64,000 nucleotides of DNA from Eubacteriales bacterium (GTDB lineage Bacteria > Bacillota > Clostridia > Oscillospirales > CAG-272): positions 9,494 to 73,493 of the forward strand of contig JAZORD010000052.1 of the NCBI GenBank assembly GCA_045656445.1. Direction: 5' to 3'. The translations under genes were made by a program, and so were the position numbers. Below are positions 1 to 9,285 of the stretch, one piece after another (the first letter of the stretch is position 1; each line of letters begins with the position of its first letter). The notes beneath the pieces were generated by a model. The model worked only from the letters and a program-made list of their open reading frames with translations, had not been told where the DNA came from and made no database searches.

Positions 1-451
1 TTCCCGAAAGTATGCACTGAGGAATTTTTCCCGCAACGCAGGCAGAGAGAGCTATAAGTCCTTCGTGGCGCTCTCTTAAGAGCTCCATATCTATTCTCGG
101 TCTCGTATAAAATCCGTTAATGAAGCTCTCGGAAACCATATAGCAGAGATTTTTATATCCAATCTCGTTTTTGCAAAGTAAAACCAAGTGATTGCCGGAT
201 GAATCCTGCTTTCCCTCTTTTAGATGCCGGCTTCTCGGTGCGACGTATACCTCACAGCCGATTATGGGCTTAATTCCCTTTTTCTTTAGCTCGGTATAAA
301 ACTCTACAGCTCCATACATAACGCCGTGGTCAGTTATAGCAACTGCGTCCTGCCCCTCCGACTTAGCCTTGTCCGCAATTTCGGAGATTTTTGCAGCACC
401 GTCAAGCAGGCTGTATTCTGTGTGAAGATGAAGATGTACAAAATCTCCCAT
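1..451 (-). CDS. dnaE: DNA polymerase III alpha subunit (DnaE), N-terminal PHP domain; the rest of the gene lies beyond the window start
   Basis: Not in the ORF track because it runs off the edge. My reverse-strand translation from ATG 451-449 gives MGDFVHLHLHTEYSLLDGAAKISEIADKAKSEGQDAVAITDHGVMYGAVEFY..., a typical DnaE PHP N-terminus. GAGAGGAAA RBS just upstream. Confidence 0.8.
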   Translation of the reverse strand, partial: MGDFVHLHLHTEYSLLDGAAKISEIADKAKSEGQDAVAITDHGVMYGAVEFYTELKKKGIKPIIGCEVYVAPRSRHLKEGKQDSSGNHLVLLCKNEIGYKNLCYMVSESFINGFYTRPRIDMELLRERHEGLIALSACVAGKIPQCILSG

Positions 452-464
452 AAGGTTTCCTCTC

Positions 465-1349
465 TTATTTATTCTTACCTAAAAGATTTTCAGATATTTC
501 AACTATTTTATTAAGTCTATGGGATAACCCCGATTTTGAAATAGGCGGTGTAAATTCAGCAGCAAGCCTCGTTAGAGAATAGTCTTTAAATTCAAGGCGA
601 AGCGTTGCCGTTTTTTCAAGCTCTTCGGGAAGGGTTGAAAGCAGACTGGCTTTTTCAAGCGCTTCTATCGCCTCTATCCATCTGCCCGATGCCGCTACTG
701 TTTTTAATATATTACTTGTTTCACAGTTCCTTATCCTGTTAGCCTCGTTCTTAAATTCGCCCTTAATTTTTTCATTCATAAATGAAAACACCGTAGAATT
801 CATTGCCGCTGCGGCAAAAAAATCCTCTATTACCGTGCTTTTTGCAGTGTATATTAAATTCTCTTTTCCCCTCACTGTTTCGGAAAATACAAGGCCGGAC
901 TCCGATAGGAATGAAAGAAGCGCCTTTATATGTCCTGCGGGAGCAAGCTCTAATCTGTATTGCTTTCTAGGGTCGCTCATTCTACCGCACCCTAAAAATA
1001 TTCCCCGAAAAAACGCCGACCTGCAGGACTGGCATTTTTCCAAAAAATATGGGGTTTTACATTGACCTGCCGTACTTAAATATTTTTCACACGCAGGAGA
1101 GGTGAAGCTTAAAATTCTGCGCCTTCCCCCGCTTTTTGAAGCGTGGGGTGTGCATTCCTTGCCAAAAAACTCCTTTATCAACTGCGCAACGCACTCCGCT
1201 ACTCTCTCATTCTCTAAGCTAAGAGTGACACACCCATCTTTGATGAGTGCTTTTGAAAAAAGAACACCGCTGATTAGTGCGCGGCGGCAACACGCGCTTT
1301 TATATGGTTGGCTGATTATTTCTTCCTTACGCTCAGATAAAAACGACAT
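465..1349 (-). CDS. whiA: DNA-binding sporulation/cell-division regulator WhiA
   Basis: 294 aa. N-terminus MSFLSERKEEI..CCRRALISG and C-terminal HTH (LTRLAAEF..SKSGLSHRLNKI) are typical of WhiA. AAGGAGG RBS. Confidence 0.88.
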   Translation of the reverse strand: MSFLSERKEEIISQPYKSACCRRALISGVLFSKALIKDGCVTLSLENERVAECVAQLIKEFFGKECTPHASKSGGRRRILSFTSPACEKYLSTAGQCKTPYFLEKCQSCRSAFFRGIFLGCGRMSDPRKQYRLELAPAGHIKALLSFLSESGLVFSETVRGKENLIYTAKSTVIEDFFAAAAMNSTVFSFMNEKIKGEFKNEANRIRNCETSNILKTVAASGRWIEAIEALEKASLLSTLPEELEKTATLRLEFKDYSLTRLAAEFTPPISKSGLSHRLNKIVEISENLLGKNK

Positions 1350-1362
1350 AGCCGCCTCCTTA

Positions 1363-2259
1363 TCAAAATCTTTCTATTTCTTCCTCTGGAATTATTCTGT
1401 ATTCCTTGTATATTCTGTCCTTGACAGTAGAAACAAGCTCCAAATAATCCCGTTCCGTAGCCCCGCCTGCGTTTACTATGAAGCCCGCGTGTTTTTTTGA
1501 AATCTCTGCCCCTCCCACACGAAGACCCTTGAGTCCCATTCTATCGATTAAAAGGGATATTGGAGTGTCACCGCAACGTTTAAAAACACTCCCGAGACTG
1601 GGCATATCGTATGGCTGAGCTTTGCGACGCTTTTGCATAACCGCATTAATTCGAGATAAGATTTTCTCTGTAACATCCTTCTGCGCGGCAAAATCCGCAC
1701 ATAAAAGAATATTGTCAGTACCCATAAGAGCGCTGCGTCTATAGGAGAAGCCCATATCGCACGCATCAAGTGTAAATATTTTCTTATCGCTTGGAGAATA
1801 AATCATTGCAGATATAAAAAGGTCTGCTACCGAGCTACCGTATGCTCCGGCATTAGAGTAAACCATACCTCCGACCGTTCCCGGTATCCCAAAAAGCGAC
1901 TCCATGCCACAAAATCCAAAGTGCGCCGCTTCACGAATAAAACTTGTCAGTCTTACTCCGCATTCCAATTTCAATCTGTCCTCTGCCAAGCTATAACCGC
2001 CGCATTTTGTAGTTATTATCAAAACGCCGTGGTAATCGCTGTCGCTTGGAAGAATATTTGTCATTCCGCCCGCAAGCCTATATGAAATTCCTGCATCATA
2101 TAAATAATTAACCAGCTTTACCAATTTCTCCGTGCTATTGGGCATAGCAGCATACGCTGCTTTGCCGCCGATTCTTATATACGATACAGCGGATACGTCA
2201 AGCTGCTCGGCGTATTCAATTTCCTGCTCTTTTAGAAAATTCGGCAGGTCTTTTATCAT
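1363..2259 (-). CDS. murB: UDP-N-acetylenolpyruvoylglucosamine reductase
   Basis: 298 aa. FAD-binding MurB-type N-terminal half (IGGKA..., GGMTNIL) and MurB C-terminal domain (PSLGSVFK). Confidence 0.9.
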   Translation of the reverse strand: MIKDLPNFLKEQEIEYAEQLDVSAVSYIRIGGKAAYAAMPNSTEKLVKLVNYLYDAGISYRLAGGMTNILPSDSDYHGVLIITTKCGGYSLAEDRLKLECGVRLTSFIREAAHFGFCGMESLFGIPGTVGGMVYSNAGAYGSSVADLFISAMIYSPSDKKIFTLDACDMGFSYRRSALMGTDNILLCADFAAQKDVTEKILSRINAVMQKRRKAQPYDMPSLGSVFKRCGDTPISLLIDRMGLKGLRVGGAEISKKHAGFIVNAGGATERDYLELVSTVKDRIYKEYRIIPEEEIERF

Positions 2260-2268
2260 AAAATATCC

Positions 2269-3966
2269 TTATATCACATATTCGCTTTTTTCATCAAGCA
2301 TATCCTCTGCGGCTCTTCTTTGAGCGTCCGTGACGTCTATACCGCCGAGAATACGGGAAAGCTCCTTTACTCTGCCATCTCGGTCAAGAACACGAACAGC
2401 CGTTTCCGTAGCACCGTTGACGTCGGATTTACTGATTAGAAAATGTATGTCCGCAAGCGATGCAATCTGCGCGCTGTGAGTTACGGAAAATATCTGCATT
2501 GATTTTGAAAGGTCGAGCATCTTGATGCCTATCTTCCTAGCTGTTTTTCCAGAAACCCCCGTGTCAATCTCATCAAAAATAACGGTGGACACTCCGTCCT
2601 TATCCGCTATAACGCTTTTTAAAGCAAGCATAACTCTTGCAAGCTCACCGCCGGATGCAACCTTTGAGAGCGGCTGAGCATCAGCTCCGAGATTTGCGCT
2701 TATATAAAATTCAACACTGTCGCTTCCAACGTTTGAAAGAATCTTTTTTCCAAGCTCGTATTCTTCCTTGATAGAGGTGAAGAAAACTACGTTTGGCATA
2801 TCAAGAAATTCAAGTGTTGCTTTCACGTCGCGTTCTATTTTTTTAGATGCCAAAGCCCTTCTTTCGTGAAGAACGTCGGCGATTGAAAGTGCTGTCTTAT
2901 ACGCATCTTCCTCTTCTTTTTCAAGCTTTTTCAGTAACTGCTCAGAGTTTTCAAGCGTTTCTAGTTCCCTTGCAGCATTTTCTCTGAAAGCTAAAATATC
3001 CCGAATTGTATAGCCGTATTTTCTCTTCAGCTTTGAAATTTTATCAAGTCGTGATTCTATTTGATTAAGCGACTCCTCGGGGTCCTCGTCAATATCCGAA
3101 AGTCTGTCGTAAACATCCTCGGCAATATCCTCAATCTGATAGAGGTAATCCCGCAGGGTTTCGGAATACTCTGAAAACTTTGGAATTACATCTGATATTT
3201 GCGCAAGAGCAGTAGCGCTTCTATCAAGCAAGAAGGCAACGCTTCCCTTTTCGCTTCCCTTAAGCGCCTTGAAAACAAACCCTGCGTTTTTATTTATCTT
3301 TTCACTGTTTTTAATTTTTAATTTCCGCTCTACAAGCTCCTCTTCCTCACCGTCGTGAAGGGCATATGAGTCTATGTCGTTTATTTGATATGCTAGAATC
3401 TCGGAAAGTCTTTCGCGTTCGTGCTCCTTTTCGGTAATGGTACGTATTTCCCCGCGTATTTTTTCGAGAGCCTGATACGCTACAGCATACGCCCCAATCA
3501 GCTCATCGTTACCTGCGTAAACATCAATTAAATCAAGCTGATTTTTAGAATCAAGAAGAGCAGCTGTATCGCTTTGACCGTGAATATTAACAAGTGCAGG
3601 ACCAATAGTACGCAATACAAGCTGAGTTACCGTTCTTCCGTTTATCTTGATAGTAGACCTGCCGTCTGCCGATATAGTCCTCTGCACAAGTATATTACCG
3701 TCATCATCCGGGGATATACCGGATTCAGCCAACAAGCTCAAAGCGACGTAGGAATCGCAGGAAAATACACCGCTTACCATAGCCGAGCCTTCCCCTGTTC
3801 TTATGAGCTCCTTATCCGCCTTCGCGCCAAGCAAAAGACCGATGCTGTCGATAATTATAGATTTTCCCGCTCCGGTTTCACCCGTAAGCACCATAAATCC
3901 CGGCGTAAAATCAATATTTATATTCTTAATTACCGCGAGATTTTCAATATGTAAGGAAAGCAACAT
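2269..3966 (-). CDS. recN: DNA repair protein RecN
   Basis: 565 aa. N-terminal Walker A GETGAGKS, long coiled coil, C-terminal SGGELARVMLAL signature and FDEIDTG Walker B. Confidence 0.95.
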   Translation of the reverse strand: MLLSLHIENLAVIKNINIDFTPGFMVLTGETGAGKSIIIDSIGLLLGAKADKELIRTGEGSAMVSGVFSCDSYVALSLLAESGISPDDDGNILVQRTISADGRSTIKINGRTVTQLVLRTIGPALVNIHGQSDTAALLDSKNQLDLIDVYAGNDELIGAYAVAYQALEKIRGEIRTITEKEHERERLSEILAYQINDIDSYALHDGEEEELVERKLKIKNSEKINKNAGFVFKALKGSEKGSVAFLLDRSATALAQISDVIPKFSEYSETLRDYLYQIEDIAEDVYDRLSDIDEDPEESLNQIESRLDKISKLKRKYGYTIRDILAFRENAARELETLENSEQLLKKLEKEEEDAYKTALSIADVLHERRALASKKIERDVKATLEFLDMPNVVFFTSIKEEYELGKKILSNVGSDSVEFYISANLGADAQPLSKVASGGELARVMLALKSVIADKDGVSTVIFDEIDTGVSGKTARKIGIKMLDLSKSMQIFSVTHSAQIASLADIHFLISKSDVNGATETAVRVLDRDGRVKELSRILGGIDVTDAQRRAAEDMLDEKSEYVI

Positions 3967-3967
3967 T

Positions 3968-4423
3968 TTATTTTACTCCAAATACCGTTCTCAGCTTTTC
4001 TTCCACCATTTTTGCTGTTTCGTCATCCTTAATAACGAGCAGTATCGTGTCGTCGCCCGCAACCGAGCCAACGATATGAGGATGCTCAAGGGTATCAACG
4101 CAAACAGCAAGCGCATTAGCCATACCCGGAAAGGTCTTGACGACTACTATATTTCTGGCCGCCTCAATTTTAATGACCGCCTCTGTTAGCGCCGAATTGA
4201 GAACAGGAGTATTGTTTTCACGTCTTACTCCGGGAACTATGTATTTGTATGCTCCCCTTCCGGTCATACCCTTTACGAGCTTTAGTTCTCTTATGTCGCG
4301 GGAAACGGTTGTCTGCGTAACGGAAAATCCAACCTCACTAAGCTTTTCTATCAAGGTTTCCTGCGTGTCTATATCGTATTTTTCTATAAGCTCAAGTATT
4401 TTCTTCTGTCTTGCGTTTTTCAT
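3968..4423 (-). CDS. argR: arginine repressor ArgR/AhrC
   Basis: 151 aa. Winged-helix N-terminus (QETLIEKLSEVGFSVTQTTVSRDIREL) and ArgR C-terminal oligomerisation domain (GDDTILLV). Confidence 0.9.
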   Translation of the reverse strand: MKNARQKKILELIEKYDIDTQETLIEKLSEVGFSVTQTTVSRDIRELKLVKGMTGRGAYKYIVPGVRRENNTPVLNSALTEAVIKIEAARNIVVVKTFPGMANALAVCVDTLEHPHIVGSVAGDDTILLVIKDDETAKMVEEKLRTVFGVK

Positions 4424-5274
4424 TTTACGTCCTCCAGAATTCTCATCTTTTTAAACAATGTCGCAAACATATTATTTTCACTGAATGTAAGCATTTTCAA
4501 CTTCTTTACATCGGTTTTTACTATGCACTCCTCACCCAATGAAAGATTTGCGAAATATCTTCCGTCAACGCTGATATTTAAAACAGTATCACCGATGTTC
4601 TTTAGCTTAATATTTTCACCCGCTCTGAAAATAATTGAACGGTTGAAAAAGGAATGAGGACAAATAGGTGTTGCCGTAATTGAATCTATATCGTGTGAAA
4701 CGATAGGGCCTCCCGCAGATAAATTATACGCGGTAGAGCCTGCAGGAGTAGAAAGAATCATACCGTCGGCTCGATATTTCACACAGTCTCCTGATGCGTT
4801 TTCAAGCAAAAAATCAGCAATTCCGAGGAAGGTGTCGTGTGAGATGATAACGTCGTTTACCGCAAGTCTTTCGGACTTAAAGGCATTACCGCCGCCCACG
4901 TGAGTAACCGAGAGAAGCATCTTTTCCTCAATTTTGTAGTTTTCGTTTATAATACCCGAAAGAATATCCAGATTATCCGGCTCAACCTCGCTGAGATATC
5001 CTACCTTTCCAAGATTTACTCCAAGGATAGGAATATCCTTTTCAATAGCGATAACCGATGCATCAAGCACTGAGCCATCACCGCCTATAACTATTATAAG
5101 CTCAGCGTCTGTTGGGAACGTACTGTATGCTATAACCTCGGTATCTGCCGAATCTGCAAATTTTTCCTCAACATATACCCGCGCGCCAAACTGTATAAGA
5201 CGCTCGGTAAGCGCCATTGTAACAGCAAGCCCAACGTCTTTTTTCGGATTAGGTATTACAGCTATATTTTTCAT
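4420..5274 (-). CDS. nadK: NAD(+) kinase
   Basis: 284 aa with the GGDGS motif (VIGGDGSVL) and the NAD-kinase C-terminal region. 4-nt overlap with argR. Confidence 0.9.
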   Translation of the reverse strand: MKNIAVIPNPKKDVGLAVTMALTERLIQFGARVYVEEKFADSADTEVIAYSTFPTDAELIIVIGGDGSVLDASVIAIEKDIPILGVNLGKVGYLSEVEPDNLDILSGIINENYKIEEKMLLSVTHVGGGNAFKSERLAVNDVIISHDTFLGIADFLLENASGDCVKYRADGMILSTPAGSTAYNLSAGGPIVSHDIDSITATPICPHSFFNRSIIFRAGENIKLKNIGDTVLNISVDGRYFANLSLGEECIVKTDVKKLKMLTFSENNMFATLFKKMRILEDVK

Positions 5275-5296
5275 AAAAGTTCTCCACGTCGCGCCC

Positions 5297-6046
5297 TTAC
5301 AAGCGAAAAAAGTCCGCCTGTTTTTTAAAGTGCGCGAGATATTCTATATTTCCGTCACCGCCCTGTATTGAGGAGGTGACTACCGACACAACGGAAAATC
5401 CCTGTTTTTTCGCAAATTCCGTGACCTTAGCCACGGCTGCAAGCCTTTCCTTCTCACTTTTAACGATTCCGCCCTTGGAAATTCCCTGACGGCCAACCTC
5501 AAACTGCGGCTTTATAAGACAAATAAAATCTGCTCCGTCTGCAAGAATTTCGTAAACAGAGGGGATTATGTAAGTAGCCGATATGAACGATACGTCCATT
5601 ACCGCAAGGCTTGGCGTATATTCAAAATCCGTTTTTTTCATATACCTTGCGTTATAACTTTCAAATACAGTTACCCTAGAGTCGCGTCTTATGCTGTCTG
5701 CAAGCTGACCGCTTCCGGAATCAACAGATATAACGTGCTTCACGCCGTTTTGCAAAAGGCAGTCGGTGAAGCCTCCGCTTGAAGCCCCTATATCTATCGC
5801 AAGTCTGCCGGCAGGATTTATTCCAAACGCCAAGAGCGCACCCTCAAGCTTAATTCCGCCGCGGCTTACGTATTTTTTTCCTGACCTGTCTACAGTTATA
5901 TCAAAAAGCTCGTCGCTAACGTGAAAGGATGGCTTGGTTATGCGTTTACCCATAACGGTAACAGCACCTGATGTTATGAGATTTTTCGCTTCCGTGCGAC
6001 TTGCCGCATATCCCTTTTCGGTTAAAAAAAGATCAAGCCTCATCAC
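5297..6046 (-). CDS. tlyA: TlyA-family rRNA 2'-O-ribose methyltransferase (hemolysin A family)
   Basis: 249 aa. S4 domain N-terminus (RLDLFLTEKGYAASRTEAKNLI) plus FtsJ-like methyltransferase (DIGASSGGFTD). Confidence 0.85.
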   Translation of the reverse strand: MMRLDLFLTEKGYAASRTEAKNLITSGAVTVMGKRITKPSFHVSDELFDITVDRSGKKYVSRGGIKLEGALLAFGINPAGRLAIDIGASSGGFTDCLLQNGVKHVISVDSGSGQLADSIRRDSRVTVFESYNARYMKKTDFEYTPSLAVMDVSFISATYIIPSVYEILADGADFICLIKPQFEVGRQGISKGGIVKSEKERLAAVAKVTEFAKKQGFSVVSVVTSSIQGGDGNIEYLAHFKKQADFFRL

Positions 6047-6272
6047 GCGTCACATCAAAAGGCTCGTCGGTTACAGTACCGTCCTTGCCTTCAATAAGAA
6101 TTTTCACCTTTTGCTCAGCGGTATCAAGTTTTTGATTGCACACCTTAACTAAGCCAACGCCCTCTTCAAAGGCCTTGAGTGAATCGTCAAGCGAAAGCGC
6201 CCCCCCCTCAAGCTTTCTTACAATATCCTCGAGAGAAATCATCGCTTCTTCAAAACTCATATTCTTTTTCAT
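6033..6272 (-). CDS. xseB: exodeoxyribonuclease VII small subunit
   Basis: The ORF track gives 124 aa (6033..6407), but residues 1-45 overlap xseA. MKKNMSFEEAMISLEDIVRKLEGG... starts at ATG 6272, directly after the xseA stop. 79 aa is the expected XseB size. Confidence 0.85.
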   Translation of the reverse strand: MKKNMSFEEAMISLEDIVRKLEGGALSLDDSLKAFEEGVGLVKVCNQKLDTAEQKVKILIEGKDGTVTDEPFDVTRDEA

Positions 6273-6273
6273 T

Positions 6274-7515
6274 TTATTTGGAAACCTTCTTTTTCGTGAT
6301 TTTAGTAACCGATGCCAACGCTTCCCCATCATGCAAACGAAGATTAATTTCGTCACCGACTGAAATTGCTTCGATACTCTTAACGGGCCCCACGGAGCCC
6401 TCGGCAATGACGTAACCTCTCGAAAGAACAGAAAGCGGACTTAGTGCATCCAGCTTTTGTGCACCAAGTATGTGTGCAGCCCGCTTGTTTTTTATTATTT
6501 CTTCTGTATTACGGCACAATGTCTCATATAGCTCAGAAAGCCCATCTCTCCTTTTTTGAAACAAAAGCTCAAAATTCGAAAAAACAGCGAGATTTTTTAT
6601 TGCCTCAAGTCGCTCACGCTTTCGTTCTACCGTTCTGGAAAGCGCTGCGGCTAGTCTGTCGGAAAAGGCATCGAGACGTATAAATATTTCGCGGATATCA
6701 GGAACTGCAAGCTCTGCGGCTGCTGACGGTGTTGGCGCGCGCATATCCGAAACGAAATCACATATAGTGAAATCGGTTTCGTGACCGACTGCAGATATAA
6801 CGGGAGTTGTCATTGAATGAATTTTTCTCGCCAACGTCTCACTGTTGAACGCCCAAAGGTCCTCAATTGAGCCACCGCCGCGCCCAATAATTACAACGTC
6901 GCAAAGTTTTGTGCTTTCAAAATAGTCAAGTGCCAGAAGCATATTTTCAACAGCGCCATCCCCCTGCACGAGCGAGGGATAGAGGTATATTTTTGCAAGA
7001 GGATATCTTCTGCCGATAACGTTTATAATATCTCTGACCGCAGCGCCGGTTGGTGATGTTATAACGCCAACGCTCTTGGGATACGACGGCAAAGGCTTTT
7101 TACTCTCTTCGTCAAAAAGCCCCTCGGATGAAAGCCTCTCCTTTAGTTGCTCATATGCTAAATAAAGCGCACCGATACCGTCCGGCTCTATTGAATTTGC
7201 ATATATTTGATAGCTTCCGTCTCTTTGATAAACTGTAACAGAGCCGCGGACCACCACCCTCATTCCGTTTTCTGGAATAAATTTCAGTCTTGATGCAGAA
7301 GAGCGAAACATTACCGCTCTTATCTGTGAATCGGTATCCTTGATTGAAAAATACATGTGACCGCTGCTATGCCGTACAAAATTCGATATTTCACCTTTTA
7401 CGCTGACTGCTGTAAGAGTGCGGTCAAGGTCAAATATGTTTTTAATATATCCGTTGAGCTCAGAAACGGTCAAAACGTCTTTTGCTCCGCGAGCTCTAAG
7501 TGAAGAAATATCCAC
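6274..7515 (-). CDS. xseA: exodeoxyribonuclease VII large subunit
   Basis: 413 aa. OB-fold N-terminus (VSVKGEISNF..SGHMYFSIKD) and the XseA catalytic core. Confidence 0.9.
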   Translation of the reverse strand: MDISSLRARGAKDVLTVSELNGYIKNIFDLDRTLTAVSVKGEISNFVRHSSGHMYFSIKDTDSQIRAVMFRSSASRLKFIPENGMRVVVRGSVTVYQRDGSYQIYANSIEPDGIGALYLAYEQLKERLSSEGLFDEESKKPLPSYPKSVGVITSPTGAAVRDIINVIGRRYPLAKIYLYPSLVQGDGAVENMLLALDYFESTKLCDVVIIGRGGGSIEDLWAFNSETLARKIHSMTTPVISAVGHETDFTICDFVSDMRAPTPSAAAELAVPDIREIFIRLDAFSDRLAAALSRTVERKRERLEAIKNLAVFSNFELLFQKRRDGLSELYETLCRNTEEIIKNKRAAHILGAQKLDALSPLSVLSRGYVIAEGSVGPVKSIEAISVGDEINLRLHDGEALASVTKITKKKVSK

Positions 7516-7533
7516 ACCGCACCTCCATAATTT

Positions 7534-8478
7534 TTACAGTTCTTTTGCTACGAGCGCCGCTATTCCTACAGCATTATCAGCCGACATAGAAGGTTCGGCA
7601 AATCTGGCAGAAAATCTCTCGGAAAGCATTTTTTTGATAATGGAATTACACATAACACCGCCGGCAAAAACAAAATCTGATTTGCCGTATTTTGCCTCGT
7701 AGCTATCGGCAAGCGCGACAAGCGATTTTCCTATATAGTCGAAAACAAAAGCCGCCGTAAGCTCACAGCTTTCCGTGTCCTTATAAAGCTTTGCCGCCAT
7801 ATTTTCAAGACCTGATAAATTAATCTTAAAATCCGAAGCAGTCGGCTTTTTAGAAGGTATTTTCAGGGTGTTTGCAAGAGCAAGCGTCTCAAGCCTTGGA
7901 CCAGACGGAAAAGGAAGCCCCATAAGCACACCGACGCGGTCTATTACCTGCCCAGCGTTAAGGTCAGCCGTGCCGCCGATAAGCTCACAGTTAAATCCGC
8001 GCTTTGCCGCGCTCACGCGCAGCATCTCAGTAGTTCCACCCGAGACGTGAAAGGCGCAAAATTCTTTGCCGTCAAGTAAATCAACTCTGCCTGATGAATA
8101 AAGTGCCGCCATTATATGACCGCACTGATGTGAATAACGGTAAAGCGGCGCTGCCGAGGTTGCGGCTATGCTCTCCGCCGCGGCAACACCGGAAAGAAAG
8201 CACGGCATATACGAGCCTTCAACGTTTCTAGGTCTCTCACTTACACCTACCGCACACGGATTGCGTCCTGCAAGTATCTGCCCTGCCTCAGCCATTACCG
8301 ACGGAATATTTTTCACGTGTGCAAACACCGCATCAGACTGTCTAAGTCCGCGCTCACCCGGCTTTACAGGAAGCGGACGCTTTATATTAGCAATCAACTC
8401 GCCGTCAGTATACATAAGCGCAACAGAGGTTGTGTAATTGCTCGTGTCTATTCCTATTATAATCTTGCGCTCATTCAT
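7534..8478 (-). CDS. Kae1/TsaD-like ASKHA-fold protein (glycoprotease / peptidase M22 family paralog), function unknown
   Basis: 314 aa. GIDTSNYTTS phosphate-1 motif, HQCGH (HxxxH metal motif), SGGTTE, GGVMCNS and ADNAVGIA parallel the TsaD motifs. It is shorter and more divergent than canonical TsaD. Confidence 0.6.
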   Translation of the reverse strand: MNERKIIIGIDTSNYTTSVALMYTDGELIANIKRPLPVKPGERGLRQSDAVFAHVKNIPSVMAEAGQILAGRNPCAVGVSERPRNVEGSYMPCFLSGVAAAESIAATSAAPLYRYSHQCGHIMAALYSSGRVDLLDGKEFCAFHVSGGTTEMLRVSAAKRGFNCELIGGTADLNAGQVIDRVGVLMGLPFPSGPRLETLALANTLKIPSKKPTASDFKINLSGLENMAAKLYKDTESCELTAAFVFDYIGKSLVALADSYEAKYGKSDFVFAGGVMCNSIIKKMLSERFSARFAEPSMSADNAVGIAALVAKEL

Positions 8479-8879
8479 TTTCTTCCAAGCGATTCTGCCG
8501 CGGCATTTAAAACCCCGTTTACAAGCATATAAGCCTTTTCGTCATCATATTTCTTCGAAAGCTCAATAGCCTCGTTGATGGACACCTTAGCAGGTATATC
8601 CTCAAGAAACATAAGCTCGTAAATCGCCAGACGAATAACCGACTTCGCAACTGTGGAAAGGCGTGCTGCCTTCCATCCAACAAGGCCGGTTTCTATACAC
8701 TTATCGATTACTACAAGATTTTCATTAACGCCAAAAAATACGCGCTTAACAAATTCGTCAACCTCAAGCTCACGCACGTTCGTCGCCTTATCAAAGATTT
8801 CCTCTGCTGTTTCGTCACTTTTGCTTGTAAGCTCAAACAAAAGAATAAAAGCGTTTTCTCTTGCTGTTTTTCTGTTCAT
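8475..8879 (-). CDS. nusB: transcription antitermination factor NusB
   Basis: 134 aa. The pattern RENAFILLFE...AIYELMF...P.KV.INEAIELSKKY is typical of NusB. Confidence 0.9.
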   Translation of the reverse strand: MNRKTARENAFILLFELTSKSDETAEEIFDKATNVRELEVDEFVKRVFFGVNENLVVIDKCIETGLVGWKAARLSTVAKSVIRLAIYELMFLEDIPAKVSINEAIELSKKYDDEKAYMLVNGVLNAAAESLGRK

Positions 8880-8919
8880 TTATTTTGTCCTCTACTTTAA
8901 TATACAGTTGTACAAATAT

Positions 8920-8948
8920 ATTATAATACTTTAAGAAATGAAAGTCAA
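8920..8948 (-). promoter_or_regulatory. sigma-A type promoter for the nusB operon (TTGACT-17-TATAAT)
   Basis: Reverse strand reads ttgact(17 nt)tataat, about 35 nt upstream of the nusB ATG. Confidence 0.6.
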
Positions 8949-9002
8949 CTCTATTTATGCATATTCTGCATTTTTATTCATTTAAAACTTGTTGCTTATA
9001 TC

Positions 9003-9031
9003 TTGACTTTCTGAGATAATTATGTTAAAAT
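9003..9031 (+). promoter_or_regulatory. sigma-A type promoter for tRNA-Leu (TTGACT-17-TAAAAT)
   Basis: ttgact 9003-9008, 17-nt spacer, taaaat 9026-9031. The tRNA 5' end lies 16 nt downstream. Confidence 0.6.
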
Positions 9032-9046
9032 ATCACTGTTCACAAT

Positions 9047-9129
9047 GCGGGTGTGGCGGAATTGGCAGACGCGCCAGACTTAGGATCTGGTGGATTCCCG
9101 TGCAGGTTCAAGTCCTGTCACCCGCACCA
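9047..9129 (+). tRNA. tRNA-Leu (anticodon UAG), CCA encoded
   Basis: Hand-folded cloverleaf. Acceptor gcgggtg/cacccgc. Anticodon stem ccaga/tctgg with loop cTTAGga. Long variable region. T-arm gcagg-ttcaagt-cctgt. Terminal acca. Confidence 0.9.
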
Positions 9130-9132
9130 AGT

Positions 9133-9165
9133 AAAAAGGCAGAGCTCTTGTGGTTCTGCCTTTTT
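9133..9165 (+). terminator. intrinsic terminator directly after tRNA-Leu
   Basis: aaaaaggcaga / tctgccttttt stem followed by a T-run. Confidence 0.7.
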
Positions 9166-9264
9166 GCTTAGTATGGGGGCGTGACTTGAAGTAGGAGCGG
9201 TAGTGAATGACAGTCCGGTGGACTGTCAGAGCCGCGAATGACCGCAGGGCGTCGAGCCCGAGAC

Positions 9265-9285
9265 CAAGTCCTGTCACCCGCACCA
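9265..9285 (+). repeat. exact 21-bp direct repeat of the tRNA-Leu 3' end (partner copy 9109-9129)
   Basis: caagtcctgtcacccgcacca occurs at 9109-9129 (inside the tRNA) and again at 9265-9285. The sequence 5' of the second copy does not form a T-stem, so it is a fragment and not a second tRNA. Confidence 0.9.

Noticed and set aside
6273-6407. Long form of the xseB ORF (124 aa), overlapping the 3' end of xseA.
   Set aside because: The N-terminal 45 residues are basic, low-complexity out-of-frame xseA sequence. The conserved XseB sequence starts at the ATG immediately after the xseA stop.
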